Source: an uncultured Acidimicrobiia bacterium
GTDB lineage: Bacteria; Actinomycetota; Acidimicrobiia; Spongiisociales; ZC4RG35
Assembly: GCA_964195235.1 (NCBI GenBank)
Contig: CAXMOW010000005.1
Coordinates: 2,642-66,641, forward strand
Reading direction: 5' to 3'
DNA length: 64,000 bases
Under the pieces are notes generated by a model that saw only the letters and a list, made by a program, of their open reading frames with translations, did not search any database and was not told the DNA's origin. Positions 7,631 to 16,738 of the stretch are shown one piece after another. Numbering within the stretch: the stretch's first letter is position 1; each line of letters opens with the position of its first letter. The translations under genes were made by a program, and so were the position numbers.

Positions 7631-8850
7631 TTGCCGATCAGCGCCAGACGGGTGAAATGAAGGGCATTGGTCGCTGCGTAGGTCCGGATTCGCTCACGGT
7701 CCCCCACCATTCGCAGCTCTTTGGCTTGAGTGTGATCCGGAGTTGCCACACCGATCACCATCGTCCCTGGCGGCTTCTCCATCGGATCGGGACCGGCCGA
7801 TCCCGTGACTGACACAACGACGTCCGCCCCCAAGAGCCGCCTCCCGCCTTCTGCCATGGCTTCCGCCGTTTCGGTGGTCACCACCGTGGACACATCGTCA
7901 ATACCGAGCAGCGTTTGCTTCAACTCCGAGTTGTAGGCAACCAGTCCGCCCCTGACCACCTTCGACGAACCTGGCAAAGATGTGAGAGCGGCGGCCACCA
8001 GTCCGCCTGTCATCGACTCGGCGGTTGCGATTGTGTAGCCGCGTTCGGTGAGGAGTCGGAGCAGGACTCGTTCGATGGTTTCGTCGTCGACACCAAACAC
8101 CGAATCACCAAGCCGCTCCCGGACTTCGCTCTCCATCGGGGCAATCAGCGCATCAGCCGCCGCCTGATTGTCAGCTTTGGCTGTGATGCGCACTTTGATC
8201 TCACCACCCGAAGCGAGAAAAGCGAGTGAAGGGTTGGTAGAGCCGCGGTAGACGTCGTCGAGAGTTTCTGCCACTCCCGACTCGGATTGGCCCCAGGTGC
8301 GCAAGAGTCGACTGACGAGAACTGAGGATTTCCCGGCGGCAGCTGATAAACGTGGGAGGACGTCTCTCTCAAGGAGGTATTCCATCTCTGCCGGCACACC
8401 CGGCACGCAATAGATCAGGGTTCCGTTGTGTTTGATCGCCAGCCCGGGCGCCGTGCCTTTGGGGTTCATCAGGAGCTCGGATCCGGCAGGATGCTGGGCT
8501 TGACGCAGATTCGACTCCGGCATCACCCGTCCCCGACTCTCCCACCATTCCCGCAGGTGATTGGCGTACGACTCACTAAATTCCATCTCAAGCCCAGTCG
8601 CCGCACACACCGCTTCCCGGGTGAGGTCATCCTGAGTGGGACCGATCCCACCAGTGATAATGACGGCGTCAGATCGGCCGATTGCCAACTCGATTGACCG
8701 GGTGAGCCGGTCATGATTGTCCCCGACTACCTGGCCGAAGTTGGCGTCGAGTCCGCGTTCAGCAAGAGCCGCTCCGATGTGAGATGCGTTGGTATTCACG
8801 ATTTGACCAAGCAAAAGCTCAGTCCCCACCGCGATCACTTCGACGATCAC
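7615..8850 (-). CDS. cinA: CinA family protein (MoCF-binding domain plus nicotinamide-nucleotide amidohydrolase PncC domain)
   Basis: 411 aa. N-terminus MIVEVIAVGTELLLGQIVNTNA, with a C-terminal CinA/PncC domain (TIATAESMTGGLVA). Confidence 0.9.
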   Translation of the reverse strand: MIVEVIAVGTELLLGQIVNTNASHIGAALAERGLDANFGQVVGDNHDRLTRSIELAIGRSDAVIITGGIGPTQDDLTREAVCAATGLEMEFSESYANHLREWWESRGRVMPESNLRQAQHPAGSELLMNPKGTAPGLAIKHNGTLIYCVPGVPAEMEYLLERDVLPRLSAAAGKSSVLVSRLLRTWGQSESGVAETLDDVYRGSTNPSLAFLASGGEIKVRITAKADNQAAADALIAPMESEVRERLGDSVFGVDDETIERVLLRLLTERGYTIATAESMTGGLVAAALTSLPGSSKVVRGGLVAYNSELKQTLLGIDDVSTVVTTETAEAMAEGGRRLLGADVVVSVTGSAGPDPMEKPPGTMVIGVATPDHTQAKELRMVGDRERIRTYAATNALHFTRLALIGKWWKP

Positions 8851-10154
8851 TGGACCATTGCCTCCATGTCAGGTCCGTAGGCGCCGACATACTCCACTTT
8901 GCGCCACTCCCCCGGCTCACCTGCGTCGAGGCGAACAACACCGTCGATCTCAGGAGCGTGTCGATAGGAGCGAGCGATCGGAACCCCGTCTTCGACCTGA
9001 TCCACCAACACCTCGTCATCAAGGCCAAGCCAAGCTGCGTTGGCTGCGGCCGTCGCCTCCTCTTGGACTGACGTGAGACGCCTGAGACGAGCCATGGTGA
9101 GCTCACGAGGCACCTGATTGTCCATGTCGGCGGCCGGAGTGCCCGGCTCGGCCGAGTATGGGAAAAACCCTGCCCAGTCGAGACGAGCTTGCTCCAGAAA
9201 CTCCTCGAGCTCGTCTGTGTGCGACTCGGTCTCGCCTGGGAACCCGACGATGAAAGAAGACCTGAGGGCTGCCTCGGGAGCAAGTTCTCGAATCCTCTGG
9301 ATCAGCGCCAGGTGTTTTTCGGTGTTGCCGGGGCGCTTCATACCCCGCAGCAGGGGCTGGGAGACGTGTTGAAGCGACAGGTCAAAGTAGGGGACGACCT
9401 TGTCATTGGACGTCATCTCGGTGAGGAGACGTTCGTTGATCTCACGGGGATGCAGATAGAGAAGTCGGAGCCGGCGCAACCCCTCGACATCAGAGAGGAA
9501 CGTGAGGAGGTCAGGAAGACCCCCCGGTGCGTCAATGTCGCGCCCATAGGCCGCGAGATCCTGTGCAACCAGGATCACCTCACTAACGCCGGAGCGAGTG
9601 AGCGCAACCAGCTCCTCACGGATCTCGGTGGGGCGCCGAGAGCGTTGTTTGCCTCTGATCAGGGGAATCGCACAAAAGGTGCACGGCTTGTTACAGCCTT
9701 CGGCAACCTTCAGATAGGCATATGGCAGACCAGTAGCGGGTCGGCCGGTGGCGTGCAGGATGTCCATCGCCGGGCGCCGCTTCATTTCGACCGGGTGCCA
9801 TCGCGTCAGATCGTCGAGGACGCCCACCAGATCGCCATACTTGTCCAGGCCAAGAACCGCGTCGACCTCGGGGAGAGCGCTTTCGACCTCGGTGCCGAAC
9901 CTTTGGGCCATACAGCCGATCACGATCGAGCGTGCGCCGCTGGCTTTGCGATCCTCCAGCTCGAGAATGGTCTCGACCGACTCTGCCCTGGCCTCTTCTA
10001 TGAAGGCACATGTGTTCGTCATCACAACGTCGGCCGTCTCGGGTGAGTCAGCCCACGTGTACCCGGCCTCGGAGAGCATCGCTATCACCTTCTCCGAGTC
10101 CACCTGATTCTTGGCGCAGCCGAGAGTCGTCAGCCAGAGGGAGGGACCTGCCAT
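8847..10154 (-). CDS. rimO: Ribosomal protein S12 methylthiotransferase
   Basis: MTTase N-terminus LTTLGCAKNQVDSE, radical-SAM motif CNKPCTFCAIP, and a TRAM domain. I moved the start to the ATG at 10154 (MAGPSLWL..). The longer ORF to 10268 has a Cys/Arg-rich, non-conserved-looking leader and would overlap the next ORF. Confidence 0.9.
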   Translation of the reverse strand: MAGPSLWLTTLGCAKNQVDSEKVIAMLSEAGYTWADSPETADVVMTNTCAFIEEARAESVETILELEDRKASGARSIVIGCMAQRFGTEVESALPEVDAVLGLDKYGDLVGVLDDLTRWHPVEMKRRPAMDILHATGRPATGLPYAYLKVAEGCNKPCTFCAIPLIRGKQRSRRPTEIREELVALTRSGVSEVILVAQDLAAYGRDIDAPGGLPDLLTFLSDVEGLRRLRLLYLHPREINERLLTEMTSNDKVVPYFDLSLQHVSQPLLRGMKRPGNTEKHLALIQRIRELAPEAALRSSFIVGFPGETESHTDELEEFLEQARLDWAGFFPYSAEPGTPAADMDNQVPRELTMARLRRLTSVQEEATAAANAAWLGLDDEVLVDQVEDGVPIARSYRHAPEIDGVVRLDAGEPGEWRKVEYVGAYGPDMEAMVQ

Positions 10155-10218
10155 CAGAGCGACACTAAATGCGTGTGCACAAAGGCGTACATGTTCACGC
10201 GTTGTGCAGACGCATCTC

Positions 10219-10476
10219 TCAATGGGTGCGGGTGGCTTCGACCACCGACAGGAGTTCGGCCGAGTCAACGGCGTCGGCCAAAGTGTTCCAGGTCGCTGTG
10301 CTCACGACGTTCTCCTCTTCGATTTCGGCACACGCCAGATAAACCGCGTCGGCGAGCGGGCCAATGTTCTGATCGACCTCAAAAGCTTCCGCAATGGAGG
10401 TGCGGGCGAGTGGAACGTCCAACCGGCCGACAGCCCTGATCGCCTCCTCGGCGAAGGCCGTCACCTTCAAGTCCAC
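10219..10476 (-). CDS. Hypothetical small acidic protein (85 aa)
   Basis: The GTG lies 4 nt after the stop of the upstream GAPDH-like gene. GC-rich third codon positions are consistent with coding. No family recognised and no clear RBS. Confidence 0.4.
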   Translation of the reverse strand: MDLKVTAFAEEAIRAVGRLDVPLARTSIAEAFEVDQNIGPLADAVYLACAEIEEENVVSTATWNTLADAVDSAELLSVVEATRTH

Positions 10477-10480
10477 GGGC

Positions 10481-11536
10481 TCAGATCTCGGCGTACAGGT
10501 AGCGACGGAGAATGTCGAGCCGTTCTTCCCTGGTCTCGGGATGCAAATACCAGAGCAACGCCGCCACCGTGGACAACAACGGATTCCCGTCTTGTGGTGT
10601 GAAGGAAAACCCGACCACTTCGTTGCCGTCGCGCACCGCCAGCGTGTCCAGAGGAATGACAGCCTGGCTCATGAGGCGTCCGAAATACCCGTGGTCGCGA
10701 CCGAAGGAGAAGATCTGGTTGGCCGACGTCTTGTGAGTGACCGCGATCCGGGTGTTCTCCATCAGACGTTCCTTGACCTCGTCGACGCTGATGTCGTGGT
10801 CGAGAGTCAGCGAAAAGTGGAGCGAATGCATGTACTGGGTGTTCATTTTCAGCGCACTCGAGAAAATATTGAGGTCATAGCCCAGGGTGCTGAACAGGTC
10901 ATGTGAGTCCCGGGCATGGTGGGTGCCGAAACGCTCATCGGCATGGCTACCTACGGTTGGGCTGGCGATGAACCCGTCGTCCTGAGAGATGTCGTTGGCC
11001 CGTCGGATGCAGAGGAACCGACCGTCTTCGAGATGGTTGGTTCCGTCAAGATCCATTCCCAGCGCCTTGACCAGCACTGAGATGTTGTGAGTGTTGCAAC
11101 TGACGATCTGGATGAATTTGTCCTCATTGTGAACGAGGGCCTCGTCGTTGATTCCACGGGCATACATCTTGCCGAAGCCGTATTCCGAGCCCTGGGCCAT
11201 GTAGCCAATCGGACCTGAAGCTTCGCCATAAAACTCCTGTTTGTTCTGATTGCCCACTGGAGTGCAGTCGATGACCACGGTGGCCCTCCCGATGGCCTCC
11301 CGCGTCTCGTACTTCGGAGTGTGACCCAACTCTTCGAAAGTGGCCTTGCGGTTGTCATCGACACAGAGCATCGCTCCACGGCGCACCAGATCGGAGACTT
11401 TCGCCCTTTCAGTAATCAGCGGAGTGCGCTTGTGGAATGTGACCTCGTCAATGCCGAAGTGCTCCTTGTTGTCGGCAAGCAGGCCGATCAGTGGTTCACC
11501 GATGGTGCCCGTGCCCACAACGTGGACGATGTTCAT
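10481..11536 (-). CDS. Type II (archaeal-type) glyceraldehyde-3-phosphate dehydrogenase-like NAD(P) oxidoreductase
   Basis: 351 aa from the ATG at 11536 (GGAGGG RBS 7 nt upstream). Rossmann N-terminus VHVVGTGTIGEP, and VVIDCTPVG. A catalytic-Cys motif IVSCNTH aligns with the archaeal GAPDH VSCNTT. A downstream HH..D segment is also present. Confidence 0.7.
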   Translation of the reverse strand: MNIVHVVGTGTIGEPLIGLLADNKEHFGIDEVTFHKRTPLITERAKVSDLVRRGAMLCVDDNRKATFEELGHTPKYETREAIGRATVVIDCTPVGNQNKQEFYGEASGPIGYMAQGSEYGFGKMYARGINDEALVHNEDKFIQIVSCNTHNISVLVKALGMDLDGTNHLEDGRFLCIRRANDISQDDGFIASPTVGSHADERFGTHHARDSHDLFSTLGYDLNIFSSALKMNTQYMHSLHFSLTLDHDISVDEVKERLMENTRIAVTHKTSANQIFSFGRDHGYFGRLMSQAVIPLDTLAVRDGNEVVGFSFTPQDGNPLLSTVAALLWYLHPETREERLDILRRYLYAEI

Positions 11537-11689
11537 GAGAGGTCCCTCCGGAGCAGATTGTGTCCGAAAACGCATGGTACTTGGGTTGCTCGAACCAGCG
11601 AAAGCCCAGCTACGACAGGCTTGAAGCCTCGGTCAAATAGCAAACGCCGAGTTCGAGATTTGCCGAGCTCTGGGAAGCCTCGCCCACTG

Positions 11690-13642
11690 TTAGAGCAAGA
11701 GTGGGTCAGCGTCGATCTGAACCAGCGACGGTCCGTTGTGGTCGAGGGCGAATCTGATCGCGGAGTCGAGCTCCGACGCGTCAGTCACTCGGATGCCGCG
11801 ACCACCACTCAGTTCAGCGAATTCGGCGAAGTCGGGGTTGTGGAGACTGGTCTGCCACACGTCGTACTCAGCACCCCGCTGTTCTTTGCTGATCTTCCCA
11901 AGCTCGTCGTTGACCAGGAGAATCAGTGTGATGTCCATTCCGTATTTCACCGCCGTCGTGAACTCCATTGCGTACTGTCCGAAACCCCCATCACCGGCAA
12001 CGGCAATCACCTGACGTTCGCCTCCGACGGCTGCCCACAGTCCCATGGCTGCAGGAAACGCAAATCCGATTGAACCGAGATAACCGGACATCACCACTGA
12101 CTGCTTGCGGACTTCGAAATAACGTCCGAATGAATATGTGTTGTTGCCGACGTCGACGGCAACAGCAGCATCGGCATCCACTAGGCGAGATAAAGAGTCA
12201 AAGATCGCGGCAGAGTTGACTCCGACGCCGGAGTCATCGGCACGGCGACTGGCCTTCTCTTCACGCCAGATGGCCCACCTCTCCGCCACCTCCTCGGTCC
12301 GGTCCGAAAAAGTGTGTCGAGAGGGCATCCGCTCCTGAATGAGTCTTGCCGTAACCCCGACGTCACCCAGAACAGGAACATCCACGGAATGGAACCGACC
12401 GAGAGCCATGGGATCGTGGTCAATCTGGACGATCGGCTTGTACTCGGCGATTCCAGTGTGATTGGAGAACGACGCTCCAAACACAACAAGGACGTCACTC
12501 TCATTCATGAACCAGGAGGCGACAGGGGTTCCACTACGACCGAGAACGCCACAACCCAGAGGGTGTGAGTCGCTGATCTGACCTTTTGCTTTGAATGTGG
12601 TGACGATCGGGGTGCCCATGGTCCCGGCACACTCGATTATTTGGGCCATGTGGCGCCGCGCCCCCGCGCCCACAATGAAGAGTGGACGCTCAGCCTTTGA
12701 GATCATCTTCAGTGCCGCATCCATCGCCTCGGCCGGCGGAGCAACCTCTCGAGAGCCGGTGCGGCCAATCGGCGAGCCGGATGGACGCAGACTCTCGATC
12801 ACCTGTACTTCGTCAGGGAGCATCAGGTGGGCGACCTCGCGCTCGACTAAAGCGGTCTTGCACGCGAGCGTCATCAGTTCGGCTGCGTCACTACCGGCGT
12901 GCACTGTCTCGCTGAATCTAGCGACGTCCGCAAAGGCCGCCTCGAGATCCAAGTCCTGGAATGCACCCCGACCTCTGATGCTCGAAGGCACCTGACCGGA
13001 CAACGCTAGGACTGGCGCCCGATCGACTTTGGCGTCGTAGAGACCGGTCATGAGGTTGGTGGATCCAGGTCCTGCGATCCCGAAACATGCCGCGAGCTCA
13101 CCAGTCAGCTTTCCGTAGGCGCTGGCCGCGAAAGCCGCGGCACCTTCGTGGCGTATCCCAATGTAAGTGAGATCACCCCGTTCCTCCGCAACACGCATGG
13201 CATCGGCGAAGCCGAGGTTGGAATGCCCAACCATCCCGAACACGTGGGTAACCCCCCAATTCACCATCGTTTCGACCAAGACGTCGCTGATTGTTCTCGG
13301 CCGTTCGGTTTCGATTGGCAGGGCTACATAGACACCGTCGTCTCGCACTTCAGTCGCGAAGCACGTTGGCGCGTCGCTGAATCCTTCAGGAGGTGTGCCG
13401 TCAAGCGGGTTGTAGTCGTATCCGTGCCAAGGACAGCGCAGCCAACCGTGCTCGATCGACCCTTCTCCGAGTGGCCCACCTTGATGTGGGCACTTGTTGT
13501 CGAGGGCACCGTAAGAATCTTGATAGTGAGCCAGAGCAAAACTTCGACGACCGACGTGAACGGTCTTCACCCGGCCTTCGGGTAGGTCGCCGAGATCGGC
13601 AACCTTGTGCCATACGGTGTCGGGTTGGACGCAATCAGTCAT
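11690..13642 (-). CDS. Rieske [2Fe-2S] domain fused to a thiamine-pyrophosphate enzyme (pyruvate oxidase / acetolactate synthase superfamily)
   Basis: 650 aa. The first ~105 aa form a NirD-like Rieske domain (CPHQGGPL...CPWHGYDY). The rest is a three-domain TPP enzyme: GIRHEGAAAFAASAYGKLTG, GPGSTNL, and TPP-binding GDGGFGQY...LVNDELG. Confidence 0.85.
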   Translation of the reverse strand: MTDCVQPDTVWHKVADLGDLPEGRVKTVHVGRRSFALAHYQDSYGALDNKCPHQGGPLGEGSIEHGWLRCPWHGYDYNPLDGTPPEGFSDAPTCFATEVRDDGVYVALPIETERPRTISDVLVETMVNWGVTHVFGMVGHSNLGFADAMRVAEERGDLTYIGIRHEGAAAFAASAYGKLTGELAACFGIAGPGSTNLMTGLYDAKVDRAPVLALSGQVPSSIRGRGAFQDLDLEAAFADVARFSETVHAGSDAAELMTLACKTALVEREVAHLMLPDEVQVIESLRPSGSPIGRTGSREVAPPAEAMDAALKMISKAERPLFIVGAGARRHMAQIIECAGTMGTPIVTTFKAKGQISDSHPLGCGVLGRSGTPVASWFMNESDVLVVFGASFSNHTGIAEYKPIVQIDHDPMALGRFHSVDVPVLGDVGVTARLIQERMPSRHTFSDRTEEVAERWAIWREEKASRRADDSGVGVNSAAIFDSLSRLVDADAAVAVDVGNNTYSFGRYFEVRKQSVVMSGYLGSIGFAFPAAMGLWAAVGGERQVIAVAGDGGFGQYAMEFTTAVKYGMDITLILLVNDELGKISKEQRGAEYDVWQTSLHNPDFAEFAELSGGRGIRVTDASELDSAIRFALDHNGPSLVQIDADPLLL

Positions 13643-13842
13643 GGTCCGAACCTAATCTACGTCCGGAGAACCTGGTCGAGGATCGATCTGTAGATCTTCC
13701 CAACTCCCCCGTCGGTTTTGCTTATGACGGTTGCGATGACGTCGTCGCCCAACCCAGCCCCCGAGATCCATTCCTGCTGAATCGGAAACTTCGTCCTGCA
13801 CAAACACCGAAAACGGTGGTCGTCATGTCCACATGATGTCTA

Positions 13843-13885
13843 GCGGGTGCAGTTGTGGTCTCTGAGCGACCACAACTGCACCCGC
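13843..13885 (-). terminator. Perfect 18-bp stem hairpin downstream of the ABC permease gene
   Basis: gcgggtgcagttgtggtc-tctgagc-gaccacaactgcacccgc. It starts 10 nt after the permease stop (TAG at 13895-13897) and has no U-tract. Confidence 0.5.
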
Positions 13886-13894
13886 TTGGGATCG

Positions 13895-16738
13895 CTATTC
13901 GCTCCGGAGCGCCACCGCCGGTGTGATCGCTGCGGCGCGTTTCGCCGGCGCCGCCCCGGCCAGGAGCGCCGCAACCGTGGGAACAACCACAACTACCACC
14001 AGACTCAGCCACGGCCAAGAGAACGCGAATCCGCTATCTCCAAACGTGTCGGAGTTCACAATTACCTGATAGGCAGTGACCAGACCCAAGGCCGCCCCGA
14101 TGACAACTCCTTGGATAGCGATGAACCCGGATTCGACGAGGAACGAGCGACGAACTGTTGTGGCTTGCGTCCCGAGGGCTCGCAGCACACCAATAGCCCG
14201 GCGTCTCTCCCTCACCGCACGAATCAGAACCACAGCAAGACCAGCGATGCCAATCAGTAAGCCAAGAGAGAGGAACCCTTGAAACAGGCGAATGATGGCA
14301 ACCGTCTCCGCGACCTCCTCTTCCACACCCGCGGTGAACGTCTCGGCACTCATCCCGAAATCCAGAAGCTCCGCGTTGAGCCGGCCGGCCACCAACTCGG
14401 CATCCACCCCAGCATCGACAGACACGTAGAAAAGACCGGATGCGGGCTCGGCATCCAAAGTCGTCTCGACGAGATCGATAGCTGCATACGAGCCGGCAAA
14501 CAGGAAGTCGCTGGCAAGAACGCCGGCAACCGTCATCATCCGACTCTCTCCGGACGTCGTAAGCATCTCGACGATGTCGCCGGGAAGGTATCGCTTGGCT
14601 CCGGGCCCCGATCCATTGTCAAGGAAGAAGTCATCAACGATCAGCAGACTCGAATCGCCGAGCACAGCTCTAAAAACACTCTCGTCAGAGTCATAGCCCT
14701 CTAGCCGGGCTCCAAGCGCCGGAGCATCGAACTCGAGAAGTCTTTCGTCGAAACCGGTAACACGCCATGGAAGCGGGTCGTCTTCACCATCCACCTCGAA
14801 CTCGGCAGAGGAACGAGTAAGCGGCGCGGCAACGACCACCCCCTCGACGGCTGTTACTTGACTTTCTGAAACAGGATTGAAGGCGGCGGAGCTGGCGACG
14901 ATGTCGTAGCCAGCACGGCTGTCGTCGGCCAATCCACGGGTCTGATCAGAGAGGATCTGGGAAAAAACCGCCATGAAAGTGATCATGAACACCACCAGCG
15001 AGAACATCCCGAGAAGCAACCCGGTTCGACCCTTGCGAGCCAACGGATAGACAAGGCCAAGCCGCGTGGAGAGACCCGCCCCTGCCTTCGACGTGGCGCT
15101 CACCGCCCAATTCCACAGGGGCGCAGCCGATGCTGACACTGTGACAGCCCCAGCTACCAGAACAACGCCCTGGACCACGAAGACATCAATGTCTGACTCA
15201 CGCATCGCGTCCGGGAAGAGGTTGAATACGAACACACCCCATGCCATTGCCGTCATCCCTCCGACGAGGCCCGCAATGCGGTCTCCAACAAGAGGCCGAA
15301 TCAGCGGAATCGCTGAGAATGCCATCACTGGGACACCCGCCATGGCCGCGGTTTGGACGTCACCTGACAACCCGAGGTAGGTGATACCCGCTCCAATCAA
15401 CACCCCAACCACTGATGCAATCATCACCTTGGCTCGTCCTTTTCGAGTTGGAGGTTGGGGAAGATCACGCACCGCTGCAATCACGTTGAAATGAGAAATC
15501 CTCAGTGCCGTGGCCCAGATGGTGATCATCGTGATACCCAGGCCAATGGCAGCCGCGAGCATCAAACTCTCGGCCTGTGGCGCGTAAGTGATGTTGAGAA
15601 AGTCGTTTTCGTTGAAAAAGATGCTCTTGAGCACCTGGACGAGTATCCAGCCAACCCCCACACCGACACCAACGCCAACCAGGGAAGCGGTCACCGAATA
15701 GACAGCTCCCTCGATTGCGAACGACTTCGTCACTGCGGACCTCGAGAACCCAATTGCTCGCATCACGCCAAGCGAGGACTTCCGTTCCTCGGAGAGCATG
15801 ACAAAGAGATTGACGATCAGAAGGATGCCGGCGATAACGGCAAAACTGCCTATCCCGTTGAAGAGGGTGGTGAATTCGGCTCCTTCTGCGACGGCTGAAT
15901 CGAGAAGATCCGTTTTCGTCGATGACACGTCGACCTCCTGGAACTCCGCCGTGACGATCTCCAGGTCGGCAACGACAGCTTCCGTGTGGTCGGCGCCCGT
16001 TAGCCAATCACCGGTGTTGGAAATCAGAACCTCGGCTCGCGGGGGTTGATTTACCTCAACAGCACCCGACTGAAATGACTCGATGGTGCCTGCTGGTAGG
16101 TAGATCGAGTTGTATCCGGCGGAACTGTATCGATCGATCACCTGTCGCACGGTGAAGGTCTCAGCCTTCCCAAACGCGTGAATCTGAAAATTATCGCCTG
16201 CCGACAGACCCAACTGTTTGGCTACGAGAGAAACAAGAACGGCCTCGGTGCCCGTGGGAGTCTCCCCTGCGCCAAAGAAGCCACTTGTTCTGGGATCTCC
16301 GCCGAATGCGCGCGCTTGATCAAAGTCGATTTCCGCAATCCAGACCGATGGCTCACCTACTGGATCAGATCCGATAGTGGTCACAGCGGTAGGAAGCGAG
16401 AGGACCGAGACAACGCCGTCGACATTTGATTGATGGGCGTCTTTGACCGCCGCTTCCAGGGCGGGGAGTTGGGCCGGGTCCTCAATAGTCACCGACTCGT
16501 CGATCGGGCCAAGGGAGGTGTCGACGACGCTGCCAACACCGTCACTGATCGTGTCGCCTACTGCGAAAGAGGCAACAATGATCGCGGTTCCGAGCATGGT
16601 GCCCGCCGTGACGAGAAGGGCCTCGGTCGGACGGGCGACAACATTTCGCCATGCAAGGCGACGCAGTGTCGCCTTTCTAGCCACCCAGATCGCTGGAGCG
16701 AGCAGAACAAGCGCAATGACGAGCGCTGTCTGCGACAT
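13895..16738 (-). CDS. ABC transporter permease, FtsX/MacB-type with duplicated FtsX domains
   Basis: 947 aa. Multiple TM helices in two blocks separated by large extracytoplasmic domains. ATG overlaps the stop of the upstream ATPase (TGATG). Confidence 0.85.
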   Translation of the reverse strand: MSQTALVIALVLLAPAIWVARKATLRRLAWRNVVARPTEALLVTAGTMLGTAIIVASFAVGDTISDGVGSVVDTSLGPIDESVTIEDPAQLPALEAAVKDAHQSNVDGVVSVLSLPTAVTTIGSDPVGEPSVWIAEIDFDQARAFGGDPRTSGFFGAGETPTGTEAVLVSLVAKQLGLSAGDNFQIHAFGKAETFTVRQVIDRYSSAGYNSIYLPAGTIESFQSGAVEVNQPPRAEVLISNTGDWLTGADHTEAVVADLEIVTAEFQEVDVSSTKTDLLDSAVAEGAEFTTLFNGIGSFAVIAGILLIVNLFVMLSEERKSSLGVMRAIGFSRSAVTKSFAIEGAVYSVTASLVGVGVGVGVGWILVQVLKSIFFNENDFLNITYAPQAESLMLAAAIGLGITMITIWATALRISHFNVIAAVRDLPQPPTRKGRAKVMIASVVGVLIGAGITYLGLSGDVQTAAMAGVPVMAFSAIPLIRPLVGDRIAGLVGGMTAMAWGVFVFNLFPDAMRESDIDVFVVQGVVLVAGAVTVSASAAPLWNWAVSATSKAGAGLSTRLGLVYPLARKGRTGLLLGMFSLVVFMITFMAVFSQILSDQTRGLADDSRAGYDIVASSAAFNPVSESQVTAVEGVVVAAPLTRSSAEFEVDGEDDPLPWRVTGFDERLLEFDAPALGARLEGYDSDESVFRAVLGDSSLLIVDDFFLDNGSGPGAKRYLPGDIVEMLTTSGESRMMTVAGVLASDFLFAGSYAAIDLVETTLDAEPASGLFYVSVDAGVDAELVAGRLNAELLDFGMSAETFTAGVEEEVAETVAIIRLFQGFLSLGLLIGIAGLAVVLIRAVRERRRAIGVLRALGTQATTVRRSFLVESGFIAIQGVVIGAALGLVTAYQVIVNSDTFGDSGFAFSWPWLSLVVVVVVPTVAALLAGAAPAKRAAAITPAVALRSE

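Noticed and set aside
10155-10268. N-terminal 38-codon extension of rimO. The extensions of E2 (20950..21087), the IYD-like gene (26889..27068), the VOC gene (54184..54279) and the CobS-like gene (45109..45174) are treated the same way.
   Set aside because: The extensions overlap neighbouring genes and are compositionally odd. Conserved family N-termini and/or RBS motifs point to internal starts.
13643-13842. Possible TPP riboswitch or leader peptide in the 250-nt region upstream of the Rieske::TPP gene.
   Set aside because: I could not find the conserved CUGAGA / ACCUGAUCUGGAUAAUGCCAGCG-type TPP riboswitch blocks. The small ORFs there are Arg-rich and look unconvincing. A covariance-model scan would be needed to exclude other RNA elements.
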